The notes under the pieces were generated by a model. The model was not told where the DNA came from. It searched no databases and was given only the letters and a program-made list of their open reading frames with translations. A DNA stretch of 64,000 nt. It comes from Nitrosopumilus sp. GTDB lineage: Archaea; Thermoproteota; Nitrososphaeria; Nitrososphaerales; Nitrosopumilaceae. Each line of letters starts with the position of its first letter. Position 1 is the first letter of the stretch. The stretch is taken from the NCBI GenBank assembly GCA_965203315.1, contig OZ241857.1, positions 1,504,001-1,568,000 of the forward strand, written 5' to 3'. The position numbers were made by a program, and so were the translations under genes. Positions 22,062-33,040 of this stretch are shown one piece after another.

Positions 22062-23132
22062 ATGACTATTATTGAATTCACCTTGAACATATGGTTGGAC
22101 ATATTGGCACCAAAAGAGATCACATTCTCTGAACCCATCATTAAACGATTGTGTACTAGACACCAAATACTTTGTACCACACGTCACTATAATGAGGTTA
22201 ATAGAATGGCCAAAATTCGCAATTTTAAGGTCAAGGTGGTTGGAAAGCATGGTGGCAAGTCCAAGAGTGGGAAACTTGACGCAAGCATATCTAGAATGTT
22301 CAAACTATCAAAAATGATCCAACAATTTTCTCCAGATTTGGTAATAAGCTATAGCTCTCCAGAAGCTGCTAGAATTGCATATGGTCTAGGGATCAAACAT
22401 ATTAGTTTCTGTGATACGCCACAAGCAGAGGCACAGAACAGATTAACGATACCATTTGTGTACAAACTCTTCGTACCTACTCCAATTAGAAAGGAAGTGA
22501 TCAAGTATGGCATCAAACCCTCAGATATTGTATCATATAATGCACTTGATGCAGCAGTTACCATAAAACGTGTTGTACCGAAGAGCCGCATACCTATTAT
22601 GTCTAAAACTAGAAAGAACATTGTCGTCAGAGTAGAGGAAGAGGAGGCTGCATATATACAGTGTAAATTTAATACAACAGAGATTATTGAAAAGTTGGTA
22701 ACAGAGTTTGACGATTGTAATATTGTAATTTTGGGCAGATATCCAAATCAGATTGCGAGGTTGAAGAGATTGGTTGGAGATCGAGCCAAAGTTATCAAGA
22801 TGACATATGATGGAAAACACATACTACACTATACAGATGTCTTTATAGGTTCTGGTGGAACGATGACTGCCGAATCCGCATTGATGGGTGTTCCCACCAT
22901 AGCATTTACTGGCTTTAAACATACTATAGGAACATACCTAGTCATAAAGAGAGTTTTGAAAGAAGAAACAGATCCTACAAAGATATGTCATCTTGTACGT
23001 AAGATGCTTACTGGCTCGACTGACTATAAAAAACGTGCAAGGGCCATAGTAAATAGTATGGACGATCCTATTGATATTCTAGTAAATATGGTTGATCAGA
23101 TTGCTCATGAGCAAAAGCAGGATCTTGACTGA
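22062..23132 (+). CDS. DUF354 family protein (GT-B fold)
   Basis: IWLDILAPK, VVGKHGG, SSPEAARIAYGLG, GSGGTMTAESALMGVP. Confidence 0.88.
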   Translation: MTIIEFTLNIWLDILAPKEITFSEPIIKRLCTRHQILCTTRHYNEVNRMAKIRNFKVKVVGKHGGKSKSGKLDASISRMFKLSKMIQQFSPDLVISYSSPEAARIAYGLGIKHISFCDTPQAEAQNRLTIPFVYKLFVPTPIRKEVIKYGIKPSDIVSYNALDAAVTIKRVVPKSRIPIMSKTRKNIVVRVEEEEAAYIQCKFNTTEIIEKLVTEFDDCNIVILGRYPNQIARLKRLVGDRAKVIKMTYDGKHILHYTDVFIGSGGTMTAESALMGVPTIAFTGFKHTIGTYLVIKRVLKEETDPTKICHLVRKMLTGSTDYKKRARAIVNSMDDPIDILVNMVDQIAHEQKQDLD

Positions 23133-23200
23133 TTTTGGATGTAGATGGTTGTAAACTCGTTCGATCTTGTAGTGATTTAAGACATTTAGTTTAATTGACG

Positions 23201-23278
23201 GGGTCTTTTCGGTTTACGTGGATGGAGTTTCGCGAGGCTTTTTCCGTAACCATCATCACACATAATCAGAAAAGATCC
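23201..23278. mobile_element. Short MITE, IS6-derived GGATCT family
   Basis: GGGTCTTTTCGGTTTACG...AATCAGAAAAGATCC. Confidence 0.75.
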
Positions 23279-23319
23279 GATTCAAATACCTTTTATTCCA
23301 ATTAATTTGATATGTTTCC

Positions 23320-24342
23320 ATGAGAATTCTCATGATATCGCCTACCCAACATGGAGTGGGTGGCATCCCAAATCATGTAGATGGACTTGTAAATTTCTTA
23401 CAGAGACGGGGTCATGAGGTATATACAATATCTGCAGACAATACTCCTATTATTCCGATTTATAAACTCAAGAATATTAGCTTTATGTTATCTGCTCTTC
23501 TTAAAAGTAAGATAATACAATATAATCCAGATATTGTTCATGCACATAATGTTCCCGCAGCGCTTGCAATGAGGTATGCTTATGGAAAAAAGATACTTAC
23601 ACTGCATGGTGTATTTTCAGATCAAGTAACATATCTGCATGGCTCAACTTTGGGTAATATGTTAAAACGATATGAAACTAGTGTGCTTGGGTGGGCAGAC
23701 GCAATTACAGCTGTATCAAAAGAAGCAGTTAATCATTATAGTAATTTGGGATATGTTGCTAGAAAGATCCCTAACGCAATAAGTATTGCAGACCTACCAC
23801 AAGGTACTGAGGAATTATATGAGAATCAAATAATCTATGCAGGCAGACTATCTAATGAAAAAGGAGTTAGAGTACTTGTAGACATAATAAAACATTTGCC
23901 TAGCAATATACATCTTATAGTTGCAGGTTCAGGACCTGATGAGAAACTAGTTATACGTGCAGCTGAAAATAGGCCGAACATACATGTATTGAGTCATCTT
24001 CCAAAAGAGCATCTCATACCATTATTACGTGGTTCTCGCATAATGATTCAGCCGTCTTTATATGAAGGAATTAGTTCTAGCATATTGGAGGCGATGGCGT
24101 GTCAAACTCTAGTAATTACCACAAATGTTGGTGGAAATGTTGAACTTGTACGAGATGGACAAAATGGCATACTGGTTGATTCTGATAATTATAAAGCAGT
24201 TTTATCAAAAATATTACAATATATGGTAGATGATACCGCACAAAATAGTATAATTGAAAGAGCTACTAGTTTTGTAAAGCAGTATGATTGGGAGAATATT
24301 GGTATTATGTATCTCAAATTATACGAGTCGCTGATTGATTGA
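23320..24342 (+). CDS. Glycosyltransferase family 4
   Basis: DIVHAH, AGRLSNEKG, PSLYEG..SSILEAMAC, TNVGG. Confidence 0.92.
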   Translation: MRILMISPTQHGVGGIPNHVDGLVNFLQRRGHEVYTISADNTPIIPIYKLKNISFMLSALLKSKIIQYNPDIVHAHNVPAALAMRYAYGKKILTLHGVFSDQVTYLHGSTLGNMLKRYETSVLGWADAITAVSKEAVNHYSNLGYVARKIPNAISIADLPQGTEELYENQIIYAGRLSNEKGVRVLVDIIKHLPSNIHLIVAGSGPDEKLVIRAAENRPNIHVLSHLPKEHLIPLLRGSRIMIQPSLYEGISSSILEAMACQTLVITTNVGGNVELVRDGQNGILVDSDNYKAVLSKILQYMVDDTAQNSIIERATSFVKQYDWENIGIMYLKLYESLID

Positions 24343-24359
24343 TCGATCTGATGGACAGA

Positions 24360-24478
24360 AGATCTTTTCGATTTACGCAGAATGGCATTTTACAAGGCTT
24401 TTCCCACTAAATTTTCCCTATCGAATCTTATAGTGCTTTTTCTATGAAAATTCTATCTAGCGTAAATCAAAAAGATCC
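24360..24478. mobile_element. MITE, IS6-derived GGATCT family
   Basis: AGATCTTTTCGATTTACGC...GCGTAAATCAAAAAGATCC. Confidence 0.85.
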
Positions 24479-24696
24479 AACCTATTGTTAAGAAAATCAG
24501 TACTTTGATGAGATATAAATTTGGCAAGTACCTCGAAATGATTACCCAGATCTCTCGGAAGATTAATTTATGCTATTCTATCTGAACCGCCACACGTGAG
24601 CCGATTACCCATAAACTAACAACTCTGATCGACTTTTTTCGTGGACATTTATGATGTCTGTATTAACATATATATCGTTTTCAACACCATATTTTT

Positions 24697-25791
24697 ATGA
24701 AGATTCAAGTTATACATCCAATAATTAATCTACTGGGCGGAGCTGAACAAACTACAAAATATCTATTGCGATCGCTAGTAAATAATGGGCATGACACAAC
24801 ACTTTATACGATAACAGACTCTTGTATAGATATACCTGATAATGTACATCATAATAAAAAGAAGAGATTTCCATTTAGTACTAGACTAACTAGTATTTAT
24901 GAAACAAATAGTTTATTCAATAATATTGGCGATTGTGATTTAGTTATAGTATCGTCTGGTAATCTTTGTTTACCTACGCTAGAATCAAAAAAAAAAAAAA
25001 AACAAATAATCATTTATGCACATAGTGATTTTGAATCTGAACTAAACTTCGTCAATAATCCCACGAAACGGAAATCGTGGTTATATAATGCTTTTATCCA
25101 AAAACAAATTAAAAAACAAATTAATTTGATTACAAATCCATCATTTACTTATATTGCAAACTCTTTATACACTAAACATAGAATCAAAAAATTATTTAAT
25201 GTAAATTCAATGGTAATATATCCTCCTGTCACAATGAAAAATATATCATCTGACAAAAATAGAGATGGAATAATCACCGTATCTAGATTCGGACCTGAAA
25301 AGAATTTGACATTTAATATTGACGTGATAAAAAAGATACCAACTGTTTATAAAATGTATGGTAATCTCAATTTACACTATCAAAATGCATATTTGAAAAA
25401 ATTAAAAAGTATATCAAAAGACTATGAACATATAAAATGTATGGAAAATTATCCGAGAAAGTCTATAGAAAATGCACTAAATTTGTCTAAAGTATATTTT
25501 CAGAGCAGTAAAGAGACTTTCGGAATTTCAGTTGTAGAAGGAATTCTGGCTGGTTGCATTCCTATTGTTCCAGATCATACAGCAAATCAAGAAACTGTGC
25601 CTTTTCAAGAACTACGCTACCCTGATGGAGATCATAAAACAGCTAGAGAGAAGATTAAACTAGCACTCGCAGGAGATTATGACAAATATTTACCAGAACT
25701 ACATGTGCACGTAAAAAAGTTCTCAGAGAATACATTTGAATCAAATATCATTCAGCATATAGATAAATATAATACCTCTCAGCAAACATGA
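24697..25791 (+). CDS. Glycosyltransferase family 4 (contains an A16 tract)
   Basis: GGAEQ, ANSLYT, VIYPPV, SRFGPEKN, ETFGISVVEG. Confidence 0.9.
   Translation: MKIQVIHPIINLLGGAEQTTKYLLRSLVNNGHDTTLYTITDSCIDIPDNVHHNKKKRFPFSTRLTSIYETNSLFNNIGDCDLVIVSSGNLCLPTLESKKKKKQIIIYAHSDFESELNFVNNPTKRKSWLYNAFIQKQIKKQINLITNPSFTYIANSLYTKHRIKKLFNVNSMVIYPPVTMKNISSDKNRDGIITVSRFGPEKNLTFNIDVIKKIPTVYKMYGNLNLHYQNAYLKKLKSISKDYEHIKCMENYPRKSIENALNLSKVYFQSSKETFGISVVEGILAGCIPIVPDHTANQETVPFQELRYPDGDHKTAREKIKLALAGDYDKYLPELHVHVKKFSENTFESNIIQHIDKYNTSQQT
24987..25002 (+). repeat. A16 homopolymer inside the GT4 CDS (currently in frame)
   Basis: Direct count; encodes SKKKKKQ. Confidence 0.9.
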
Positions 25792-25798
25792 TTAGACA

Positions 25799-26860
25799 AT
25801 GAAAATAGGCGTTATTCACCCTGCATTTGATTCAATTGGAGGTGCAGAACAAGTGACCAAATCAATGTTGAGGGGATTGGTAAATGCAGAACATGACGTC
25901 TCACTATACACCATAACAAAGGCAGGTTCTTTTTCTCACATTAAGCGGCGTTTTGCAAGGTTTAGTTATCTACCGTTGAGATCAGATCTCATAAACATTT
26001 GGCGTACATATGATCTATACAAGCAAGCTAACGAGAATGATGTTATAATATCTAACACATTGAGGGTCGCAAACACAAAAAAACCCACAATAATTTATTG
26101 TCATTCTACTTTTGAATCTGAGCTACAGTTTGTTGCTATAAAACCAAAAGGTAAACTCAGGCTGTATCGAGAATATCTACAAAAACATGTAAAAAGACAG
26201 ATAGATGTATTAAAAACTTCATCTTTCAAGTACATTGCCAATTCATTATATACGAAAAATAAAATAAAGGAGCTATTCGACATAGATTCTAATATAATAT
26301 ATCCTCCTGTCACAATGAAAAATATATCATCTGACAAAAATAGAGATGGAATAATCACCGTATCTAGATTCGGACCTGAAAAGAATTTAACATTTAATAT
26401 TGACGTGATAAAAGATTTTGTTGATACAACGTATAAGATATATGGTGATAACAAGCAACATTATAATAACATATACTATGGCAAGATTTTAGAACAATCA
26501 AAACATTACAACAACATAAAACTATTTGCAAATCAAAGCAGAGATGTATTGGAAAAAAATCTATGTGAATCTAAAGTATACTTTCAAAGTAGTAGAGAAA
26601 ATTTTGGCATATCTGTAGTTGAAGGTATAATGGCCGGTTGCATTCCAATTGTCCCAAACAATTATGCAAATAAAGAAACTGTACCATTTAGAGAATTGAG
26701 ATTTGAGGAAAATGATATAAACGATGCAAGAGAGAAGCTAAAGTCGGCACTCGCAGGAGATTATGACAAATATTTACCAGAACTAAAACATCATGTCAAA
26801 CAATTTACTGAAGAAGAATTTCATAAAAATATGCTTTCATATGTGTCGAAAATATCATGA
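25799..26860 (+). CDS. Glycosyltransferase family 4 (tandem paralog)
   Basis: GGAEQ, IIYPPV, ENFGISVVEG. Confidence 0.9.
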   Translation: MKIGVIHPAFDSIGGAEQVTKSMLRGLVNAEHDVSLYTITKAGSFSHIKRRFARFSYLPLRSDLINIWRTYDLYKQANENDVIISNTLRVANTKKPTIIYCHSTFESELQFVAIKPKGKLRLYREYLQKHVKRQIDVLKTSSFKYIANSLYTKNKIKELFDIDSNIIYPPVTMKNISSDKNRDGIITVSRFGPEKNLTFNIDVIKDFVDTTYKIYGDNKQHYNNIYYGKILEQSKHYNNIKLFANQSRDVLEKNLCESKVYFQSSRENFGISVVEGIMAGCIPIVPNNYANKETVPFRELRFEENDINDAREKLKSALAGDYDKYLPELKHHVKQFTEEEFHKNMLSYVSKIS

Positions 26861-27786
26861 ATCCTCTCGTATCTGTTGTAATTCCTGTATTTAATGGGGA
26901 AAAATATCTAAAAAAATCTATTGAATCAGTACTTGCTCAGACATACAAAAACATTGAAATTATATGTGTTAATGATGGTTCCACTGATAACTCTTTATGT
27001 ATATTACAAGAATATCAAAAAAAATATCCAAATATAAAAGTTATTTCTCAAGAGAATAGAGGATTATCTGCAGCATTAAATTCAGCAATCAAAATCATGA
27101 ATGGAAAATATCTTAAAAAAGTGGACGCAGATGATATATATTACTCAAATGCTATAGAAGAGTTTGTGTCTTTGGCTGAAGAATTTAACGGTAATGATAT
27201 TATTTATTCAAATTTTGACTATATGGACTTGGAGGATCGTATTACTAAGCACTACATGTATGAAAATTATGATCATTTGGACAAACTCTCTATAAATCTT
27301 ATATTATTATCAAATGGAATGTATGGCAATCTCGGATTTGATTTTATACCAAAATACATATTTGATAAATGTGGAGTGTATGATGAAACTATCAGACTAA
27401 ACGAAGATTATGAAATGCAGCTACGTTTATGTATACTATATGGAGTCAACTTACGTCTAGTACCAAAGTCGCTGTTTAAGGTTCGAATACATCCAGACTC
27501 ACTGACCCGTAATAATATTTATAGTGGGGAGAGACGGAACGAAATCATAAGGAAATCAATACTAAAACAACTAGATCAAAATGATCAACAATATTATAAA
27601 ATAGAAATGAAGAAATTGTGGAAAAAAATTCCATTACGTACAAAATTTCGTAGAGCATATCAAAAAATCCTACTAAACATTTTGGGTGAATCGTTAACAA
27701 ATAAATGCTTAAAATTATACATGAAAAAAATCAAACACAATAATCTAGAAATGGGGGGGGGGGGAGGAGAGTGGATAGACATGTAA
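26857..27786 (+). CDS. Glycosyltransferase family 2 (G12 tract near its 3' end)
   Basis: VSVVIPVFN, VNDGSTD, NRGLSAALN, VDADD, EDYEM. Confidence 0.92.
   Translation: MNPLVSVVIPVFNGEKYLKKSIESVLAQTYKNIEIICVNDGSTDNSLCILQEYQKKYPNIKVISQENRGLSAALNSAIKIMNGKYLKKVDADDIYYSNAIEEFVSLAEEFNGNDIIYSNFDYMDLEDRITKHYMYENYDHLDKLSINLILLSNGMYGNLGFDFIPKYIFDKCGVYDETIRLNEDYEMQLRLCILYGVNLRLVPKSLFKVRIHPDSLTRNNIYSGERRNEIIRKSILKQLDQNDQQYYKIEMKKLWKKIPLRTKFRRAYQKILLNILGESLTNKCLKLYMKKIKHNNLEMGGGGGEWIDM
27753..27764 (+). repeat. G12 homopolymer at the junction of the GT2 gene and the next ORF
   Basis: Direct count, ATGGGGGGGGGGGGA. Confidence 0.9.
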
Positions 27787-28562
27787 TGAATATGTGTGTA
27801 TTATTTAATAAAATAACGTTTAGATTTAAACATTTAAAGTACGGTAATGGTGATAAATCCTATTGGGATTATGATGGTAAACAAGATTTGTTAATAGTTG
27901 TGAATTATATGCATACTAGATGCGATCGTCATGATAAATTTGAAACAGCGTGGCTAGCATTTATTACTATTTTAAAAAACTATAATTCAAATTCGATAAG
28001 ATTTATGGTTATTATATGTGGACTAGTTAGAACTTACCTATATGTTGCACTTGTGTTAGATGAATGTGTGTGCATAGATTTTATACTAGATGCGATTGAA
28101 AAAGTAAAACAGTATGACATATCATTTAAAAATATACATTTCTATGTAAATACTGACGAATTAAACAATTTCAAAAGTAGTATGTTTGATTTGTTATGTT
28201 GTGAATTTGTAATGCAACACATAATTAAATCTATCAAAACCACACACCTGAATCATTCAAATTACTATAGTCGCGAACATAATAATTTTCCTAGTGTTCA
28301 GTATCACAATTTAGTGTTATATGTTCTGTCAGAGGTAAATTCCGTCTATGACCCCACATATGCAGGAGTAAATAAGAAAACAATTCCGTTCGTGACTATA
28401 GAATCAAATAGTATTCGCGTTATTCAAATACCTGGAACAGTGTTTTTCAAATATACAAACTATATAAAAACCAGACAAGAGACTAGAGATCTTTTAACCC
28501 AATTTCAATTAAAACCTGCGGATCAAACCAAGTACATATTATGCAACAGGAGTCAAAAATGA
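27771..28562 (+). pseudogene. Probable degraded SAM-methyltransferase-like gene carrying a MITE
   Basis: KSYWD and FDLLCCEFVMQHI resemble class I methyltransferase motifs; no intact GxGxG; MITE at 28265-28401. Confidence 0.4.
28265..28401. mobile_element. MITE with CTATAGTCRCGAAC ends (possibly IS630-like, TA target)
   Basis: Terminal inverted repeat; similar copy at 63688-63823. Confidence 0.8.
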
Positions 28563-29434
28563 CTGTTTCTATAATAATTCCCGTATATAATGCATCAACG
28601 TATCTAAATGAATGCATAGATTCAGCACTAAATCAAACATATGACGATATCGAGATAATCGCAGTTAACGATGGCTCCACTGATAACTCACTGAATATAT
28701 TAAAAAGTTATGGTGACAGAATTAGATACATAACAAAAAATAATGGAGGTACAGCGTCTGCGTTAAATACTGGCATAACAAATATGAAAGGAGAATGGTT
28801 CAAGTGGTTAAGTGCAGATGATGTTTTATGCCCCAATGCAGTTGAAGAGTTAATTTCAACAGCGTTAATACTGGACAATAAAAAATGTATATTATATAGC
28901 AATTTTGACTATATAGACTATAATGGTAATATAATTAAGCAGCATATTGAAACAAATTATAACGAGTTGACCTCTATCGATATGAATTCTATTCTATTAG
29001 ATTGTTTTTTTGGAAATGGAATAACGAGCATGATACACAAATCAGCTTTTGAACAATATGGATTGTTTGATGAAGATCTTGGGTTTGGTGAGGACTATGA
29101 AATGTGGTTAAGATTGTGTGTATTACATGGATTTAGATTACATTTAATTCCAAAGAGTCTAGCAAAGTACAGAGTTCATGAGGCACAGCTGACCCACGTA
29201 AAATTTGGCAAATCAATAAGCCAAGACGTAAAGATTAGAAAAAAAATTCTGATGCAACTCGATCCTGATGAACGACATCTATACAAGATTGCAGTAAAAA
29301 AATTCCAACGAACAAAACCGTTTAGAGTGAGATTCAGACGATTCTACAGAGATCTAATGATTAATGTTTTTGGAGAGAGGATATCTGAAAAGATTTTAAG
29401 ATTTTATATGACCAGAATTAAACGCGATATTTAG
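28559..29434 (+). CDS. Glycosyltransferase family 2
   Basis: VSIIIPVYN, VNDGSTD, NGGTASALN, LSADD, EDYEMW. Confidence 0.92.
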   Translation: MTVSIIIPVYNASTYLNECIDSALNQTYDDIEIIAVNDGSTDNSLNILKSYGDRIRYITKNNGGTASALNTGITNMKGEWFKWLSADDVLCPNAVEELISTALILDNKKCILYSNFDYIDYNGNIIKQHIETNYNELTSIDMNSILLDCFFGNGITSMIHKSAFEQYGLFDEDLGFGEDYEMWLRLCVLHGFRLHLIPKSLAKYRVHEAQLTHVKFGKSISQDVKIRKKILMQLDPDERHLYKIAVKKFQRTKPFRVRFRRFYRDLMINVFGERISEKILRFYMTRIKRDI

Positions 29435-30154
29435 TTATTCGATCTTGTACCTTCTCCATCGTTCAGAGTCAAGCGACATATCCATAGTTAATGGTGGACC
29501 AGAGTAGTCGTGTATGGTCATTGGTTTGACATCTGGAGTAGTAATCTTTGCCAACTCTAATACAGACATTTTTTTATCGCCAACGATATGCACTACTCCT
29601 TCTAATTTTGCCTTTTGTACATCTGATATGCCTTTTGCTACTTGTTCAGCAAAGAGATATGTTCCAAACCTATCAGAAAATGCCTTTGGGTATGGCCATC
29701 TCTCTTTAGCAACAAAGTTTGTTCTTACAATTAAATATTGATCGAGTTTCCGTATCTCATGTTCCCCTAACAGCTTGGTTAAAGCATAGAAATTCTCTGG
29801 ATAAGGAATTGAACTCTCTTTATACATACCAACACGTCCATCAAAGACACATGCTGTAGATACATAGATGAATTGAATGCCTTGGTCTGATCTGATTGTG
29901 GCATCTACTAGATTGCGAGTACCTTCAACATTACTCTTCCATGCAAGAGATTGTTTCTCTTCACACGGTCTAATTCCAGTTAGTGCTCCTGCATGTATCA
30001 CAAGATCTATATCAGAATGAGATAGAAAAAATTCAAAGATAGCGTCTCTATCTCCTAGATCAAGATCTGCATGTGTAGGTGTTAGAGCATTTTTGTATAT
30101 CTTTTTTAGTTCAGATCCTAAGGCACCACTTGCACCAGTAATAAGTATAGTCAT
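29435..30154 (-). CDS. rmlD: RmlD-like sugar-nucleotide reductase
   Basis: ILITGASGALG, YVSTACVFDG, YALTK. Confidence 0.82.
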   Translation of the reverse strand: MTILITGASGALGSELKKIYKNALTPTHADLDLGDRDAIFEFFLSHSDIDLVIHAGALTGIRPCEEKQSLAWKSNVEGTRNLVDATIRSDQGIQFIYVSTACVFDGRVGMYKESSIPYPENFYALTKLLGEHEIRKLDQYLIVRTNFVAKERWPYPKAFSDRFGTYLFAEQVAKGISDVQKAKLEGVVHIVGDKKMSVLELAKITTPDVKPMTIHDYSGPPLTMDMSLDSERWRRYKIE

Positions 30155-30155
30155 A

Positions 30156-31145
30156 TCACTTCTTGAATATAGGTCCATGCGTGTATACTTTGCGTTGAAT
30201 TGATTTAGAGTTAAAGAACGATTTGTAATTGCTATATCTGTCATGTCTATAGTTTGCAACTTCGTTCTTAATACTAGTATTGAACTCTTTAACTGCATAC
30301 TTTATGTCATACTTTGCTCGGAAGCCAGATTTGCCTAATTTCTCACCTGACACACGATAATTTCTCTTATCTATAATGTCTTCTGAGATCTCTATTTCAC
30401 ATGGTATTAGTTTCTTGATCTGCTTTGCCATGTCCTCTATAGTTAAATTCTTCCAAACTACATTATAGATGCCTTCCATATTATTTTCTACAGCATAGCT
30501 AAATGCTAGAGCTGCATCATAAACATGTAGAAATGGCCTCCATTGATTACCGCCAAATACAACTAGTTTCTCTCTGTTTAACGCTTGAGCAATAAACAGA
30601 TTGATCGCAAGATCAAATCTCATTCTATGTGATGCTCCAAAAAGTGTCCCTAATCGAAGAATGGTGGGATAGTCATAAGCTTGGAGAATTGCTCGTTCTG
30701 ATTGAAATTTTGATTGACCATACGAATCTAATGGATTTACTTCCGAGTTTTCTCTAATTATTTGATTTGGCTGTGCTCCGTATACTGAACATGTGCTTGC
30801 AAAGATTATCTGTTTGATATTGTATAGTTTACACAGATCTGCCAAATTCCGAGTAGATAAATAATTAATCTCTATGGATGTCTTGGGGTCCAATTCGGAC
30901 GATTGAGTACCAACTATGGATGCAAGATGAATTACACTATCAATATTTTTCAATGAACTACTGACTGCCCCCAAGTCACGAATGTCGCCTTGTACCAACT
31001 CTAGTTTATCTGATTTAATCTCTTTGAGTGAATCTCTACCAAACAGAAAGTTATCTAATACTCTAACATGGTGCCCTTTCTTCAAGAGTATCCTAGTTAG
31101 AACCGAGCCCAGATACCCAGAGCCTCCAGTAAGCAAGATGTTCAT
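30156..31145 (-). CDS. NAD-dependent sugar epimerase/dehydratase
   Basis: TGGSGYLG, ASTCSVYG, YGQSK, WRPFLHV. Confidence 0.9.
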   Translation of the reverse strand: MNILLTGGSGYLGSVLTRILLKKGHHVRVLDNFLFGRDSLKEIKSDKLELVQGDIRDLGAVSSSLKNIDSVIHLASIVGTQSSELDPKTSIEINYLSTRNLADLCKLYNIKQIIFASTCSVYGAQPNQIIRENSEVNPLDSYGQSKFQSERAILQAYDYPTILRLGTLFGASHRMRFDLAINLFIAQALNREKLVVFGGNQWRPFLHVYDAALAFSYAVENNMEGIYNVVWKNLTIEDMAKQIKKLIPCEIEISEDIIDKRNYRVSGEKLGKSGFRAKYDIKYAVKEFNTSIKNEVANYRHDRYSNYKSFFNSKSIQRKVYTHGPIFKK

Positions 31146-31588
31146 CTGTGTTTAACCCTCCATACATTACCAAATATATGAGGATCGAGTCGTTCATCAT
31201 CTGGATTCTCACTATCAAAAGATTCAGTTGACATGCCTAGTATTACAGTATCGTCAGATAACGACATCCACCCAGTATATATTCCAGGTGGAACATATAG
31301 TACAGATGGTTTCAAATGAGATATTACGAATGTATCGATCTGCTTGTATGTTCTACTGTCTTGACGATCATCTACTAGAACAAACTTTGCGGTACCTGAC
31401 GTAACAAAGAATGCTTTATGTTCTATTTTGTGTTTATGAAATCCTCGTATTGTTCCATAAGCATAGTTTCCAGTAGTGTATATCCTTCTTATGCTGAATT
31501 TGTCTTGACCTTCAGGCAGTATCTGTGATAGAAATCCACGATCATCGATAAAAGTCTCGACATAATTATGCTCTACTCCGTCAATCAA
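31142..31588 (-). CDS. rmlC: RmlC-like cupin (dTDP-4-dehydrorhamnose 3,5-epimerase family)
   Basis: DDRGF, IRGFHKH, LVDDRQDS.TY, LYVPPG. Confidence 0.8.
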   Translation of the reverse strand: MIDGVEHNYVETFIDDRGFLSQILPEGQDKFSIRRIYTTGNYAYGTIRGFHKHKIEHKAFFVTSGTAKFVLVDDRQDSRTYKQIDTFVISHLKPSVLYVPPGIYTGWMSLSDDTVILGMSTESFDSENPDDERLDPHIFGNVWRVKHR

Positions 31589-31846
31589 CCACTTCTATTA
31601 GATGATGTGCTATTAATTCTATTCGATAATTCGTATGTACAAGGATGTTTAACTTTGAGCGGTAAGATTCTACTGTGTAGGATTCTACAACATAAATCTT
31701 AAAACTGTGTTTGTAAATTAAACTATTGAGTCATTTGTATGAGAACATACATTTGTGTTTAGAAGGATTAAGGATTCACACAATGTTAATGATCATACAC
31801 TATGCTAAAAGAACCAATAAAACAATAACGCAGATTCATTGTTTCT

Positions 31847-33040
31847 TTACCTAGAATAATCTGGATATAGTTGATCATTCCATCTTTTTTTATAGGCACT
31901 TATTGACTTGCTAGTATTGATCTTTGGATGATCCCACCATATCTTTGGAGTAGATATCTCTTGAGAGCGAGACTCTAATGCAGATATGGTCTTTTCTGCA
32001 CTATTGGGTTTACCGTATGGGTTCTTCCAATTAGTCTTGCGGTTAACCATTGTCTCAACCGCTGACAAGATGTGGTCTCTGTTTAGACCGGCGACTATGT
32101 TTGATCCAACCTCTACTGTCTCAGCACGTTCAGTGCTTATTCTAATAGTAACACATGGAACTCTGAATATGCAAGAGTCTTCTTGAACTGTACCGGAATC
32201 GGTAACACAACAGAACGCATTCTTTTCCAACTTTGAAAATTCCAGAAAACCTAAAGGATCGTACAAATGAACTCCTTTAGGTATTTTGATATCGTGATGT
32301 ATGATGCTCTGTCGCGTCCTTGGATGAATCGGAAAGATTATCTGTTTCTCATATGTTTGGTACAGCTTGCCTAATGTGGATATGATACTTTTGAGCGGTC
32401 TCTTGGGACCAACGTTTTCTGGTCTATGCGCTGTCACTAGAAAATAATCTTTAGATGATATGTTAAGATCTTTTAGAATTGGGCTTGCTTCGATCTCTTC
32501 TCTAAAGTTGTACAAGACATCATAGATTGGTTTACCCACTCTAAAGATCTTGTGAGATGAAATTCCCTCATTTAGTAGATTTTCTCTAGTACCTCTAGTT
32601 GGTGTAAAATAATAGTCTGATATACTATCTATTATACGACGGTTCTTCTCTTCTGGCATACGCCAATCATAACTTCGCATTCCGGCCTCTAGATGCGCAA
32701 TTTTTATCCCCATCTTTGATGCAACGATTGCACTAAGAGCAGGATTTGCATCAGAGAACGAAAAGACTAGATCAGGCCTCTCCTTTAACAAAACCTTTTC
32801 AAATTTTGAGATCAATTTGCTTAGTTGTTGGGCTTGTGTTCCAGAACCAACTTTGAGATGATAGTCTGGTTTAGGAAAGTCTAGTTGTTTAAAGAATAGA
32901 CCATCAAAAAAATAAGAATAATGTTGGCCGGTATGAACTATTACAAAATCACGTTTGCGTCTCTGAAGTTGTCTTATGATTGGTTGATAGTTGATTATAT
33001 CTGGTCTAATCCCAAGTACAATCATATACTTTATTGACAA
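31847..33040 (-). CDS. wecB: UDP-N-acetylglucosamine 2-epimerase (non-hydrolysing)
   Basis: VLGIRP, VHTGQHY, HLEAGMRS, MPEEKNR, TAHRPEN, TDSGTVQED; start probably TTG 33040. Confidence 0.92.
   Translation of the reverse strand: MSIKYMIVLGIRPDIINYQPIIRQLQRRKRDFVIVHTGQHYSYFFDGLFFKQLDFPKPDYHLKVGSGTQAQQLSKLISKFEKVLLKERPDLVFSFSDANPALSAIVASKMGIKIAHLEAGMRSYDWRMPEEKNRRIIDSISDYYFTPTRGTRENLLNEGISSHKIFRVGKPIYDVLYNFREEIEASPILKDLNISSKDYFLVTAHRPENVGPKRPLKSIISTLGKLYQTYEKQIIFPIHPRTRQSIIHHDIKIPKGVHLYDPLGFLEFSKLEKNAFCCVTDSGTVQEDSCIFRVPCVTIRISTERAETVEVGSNIVAGLNRDHILSAVETMVNRKTNWKNPYGKPNSAEKTISALESRSQEISTPKIWWDHPKINTSKSISAYKKRWNDQLYPDYSR

Noticed and set aside
29435-30298. Longer ORF-track starts for rmlD, wecB (33208), 57209-57673 and others
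   Set aside because: The extensions overlap neighbouring genes or precede the conserved N-terminal motifs.
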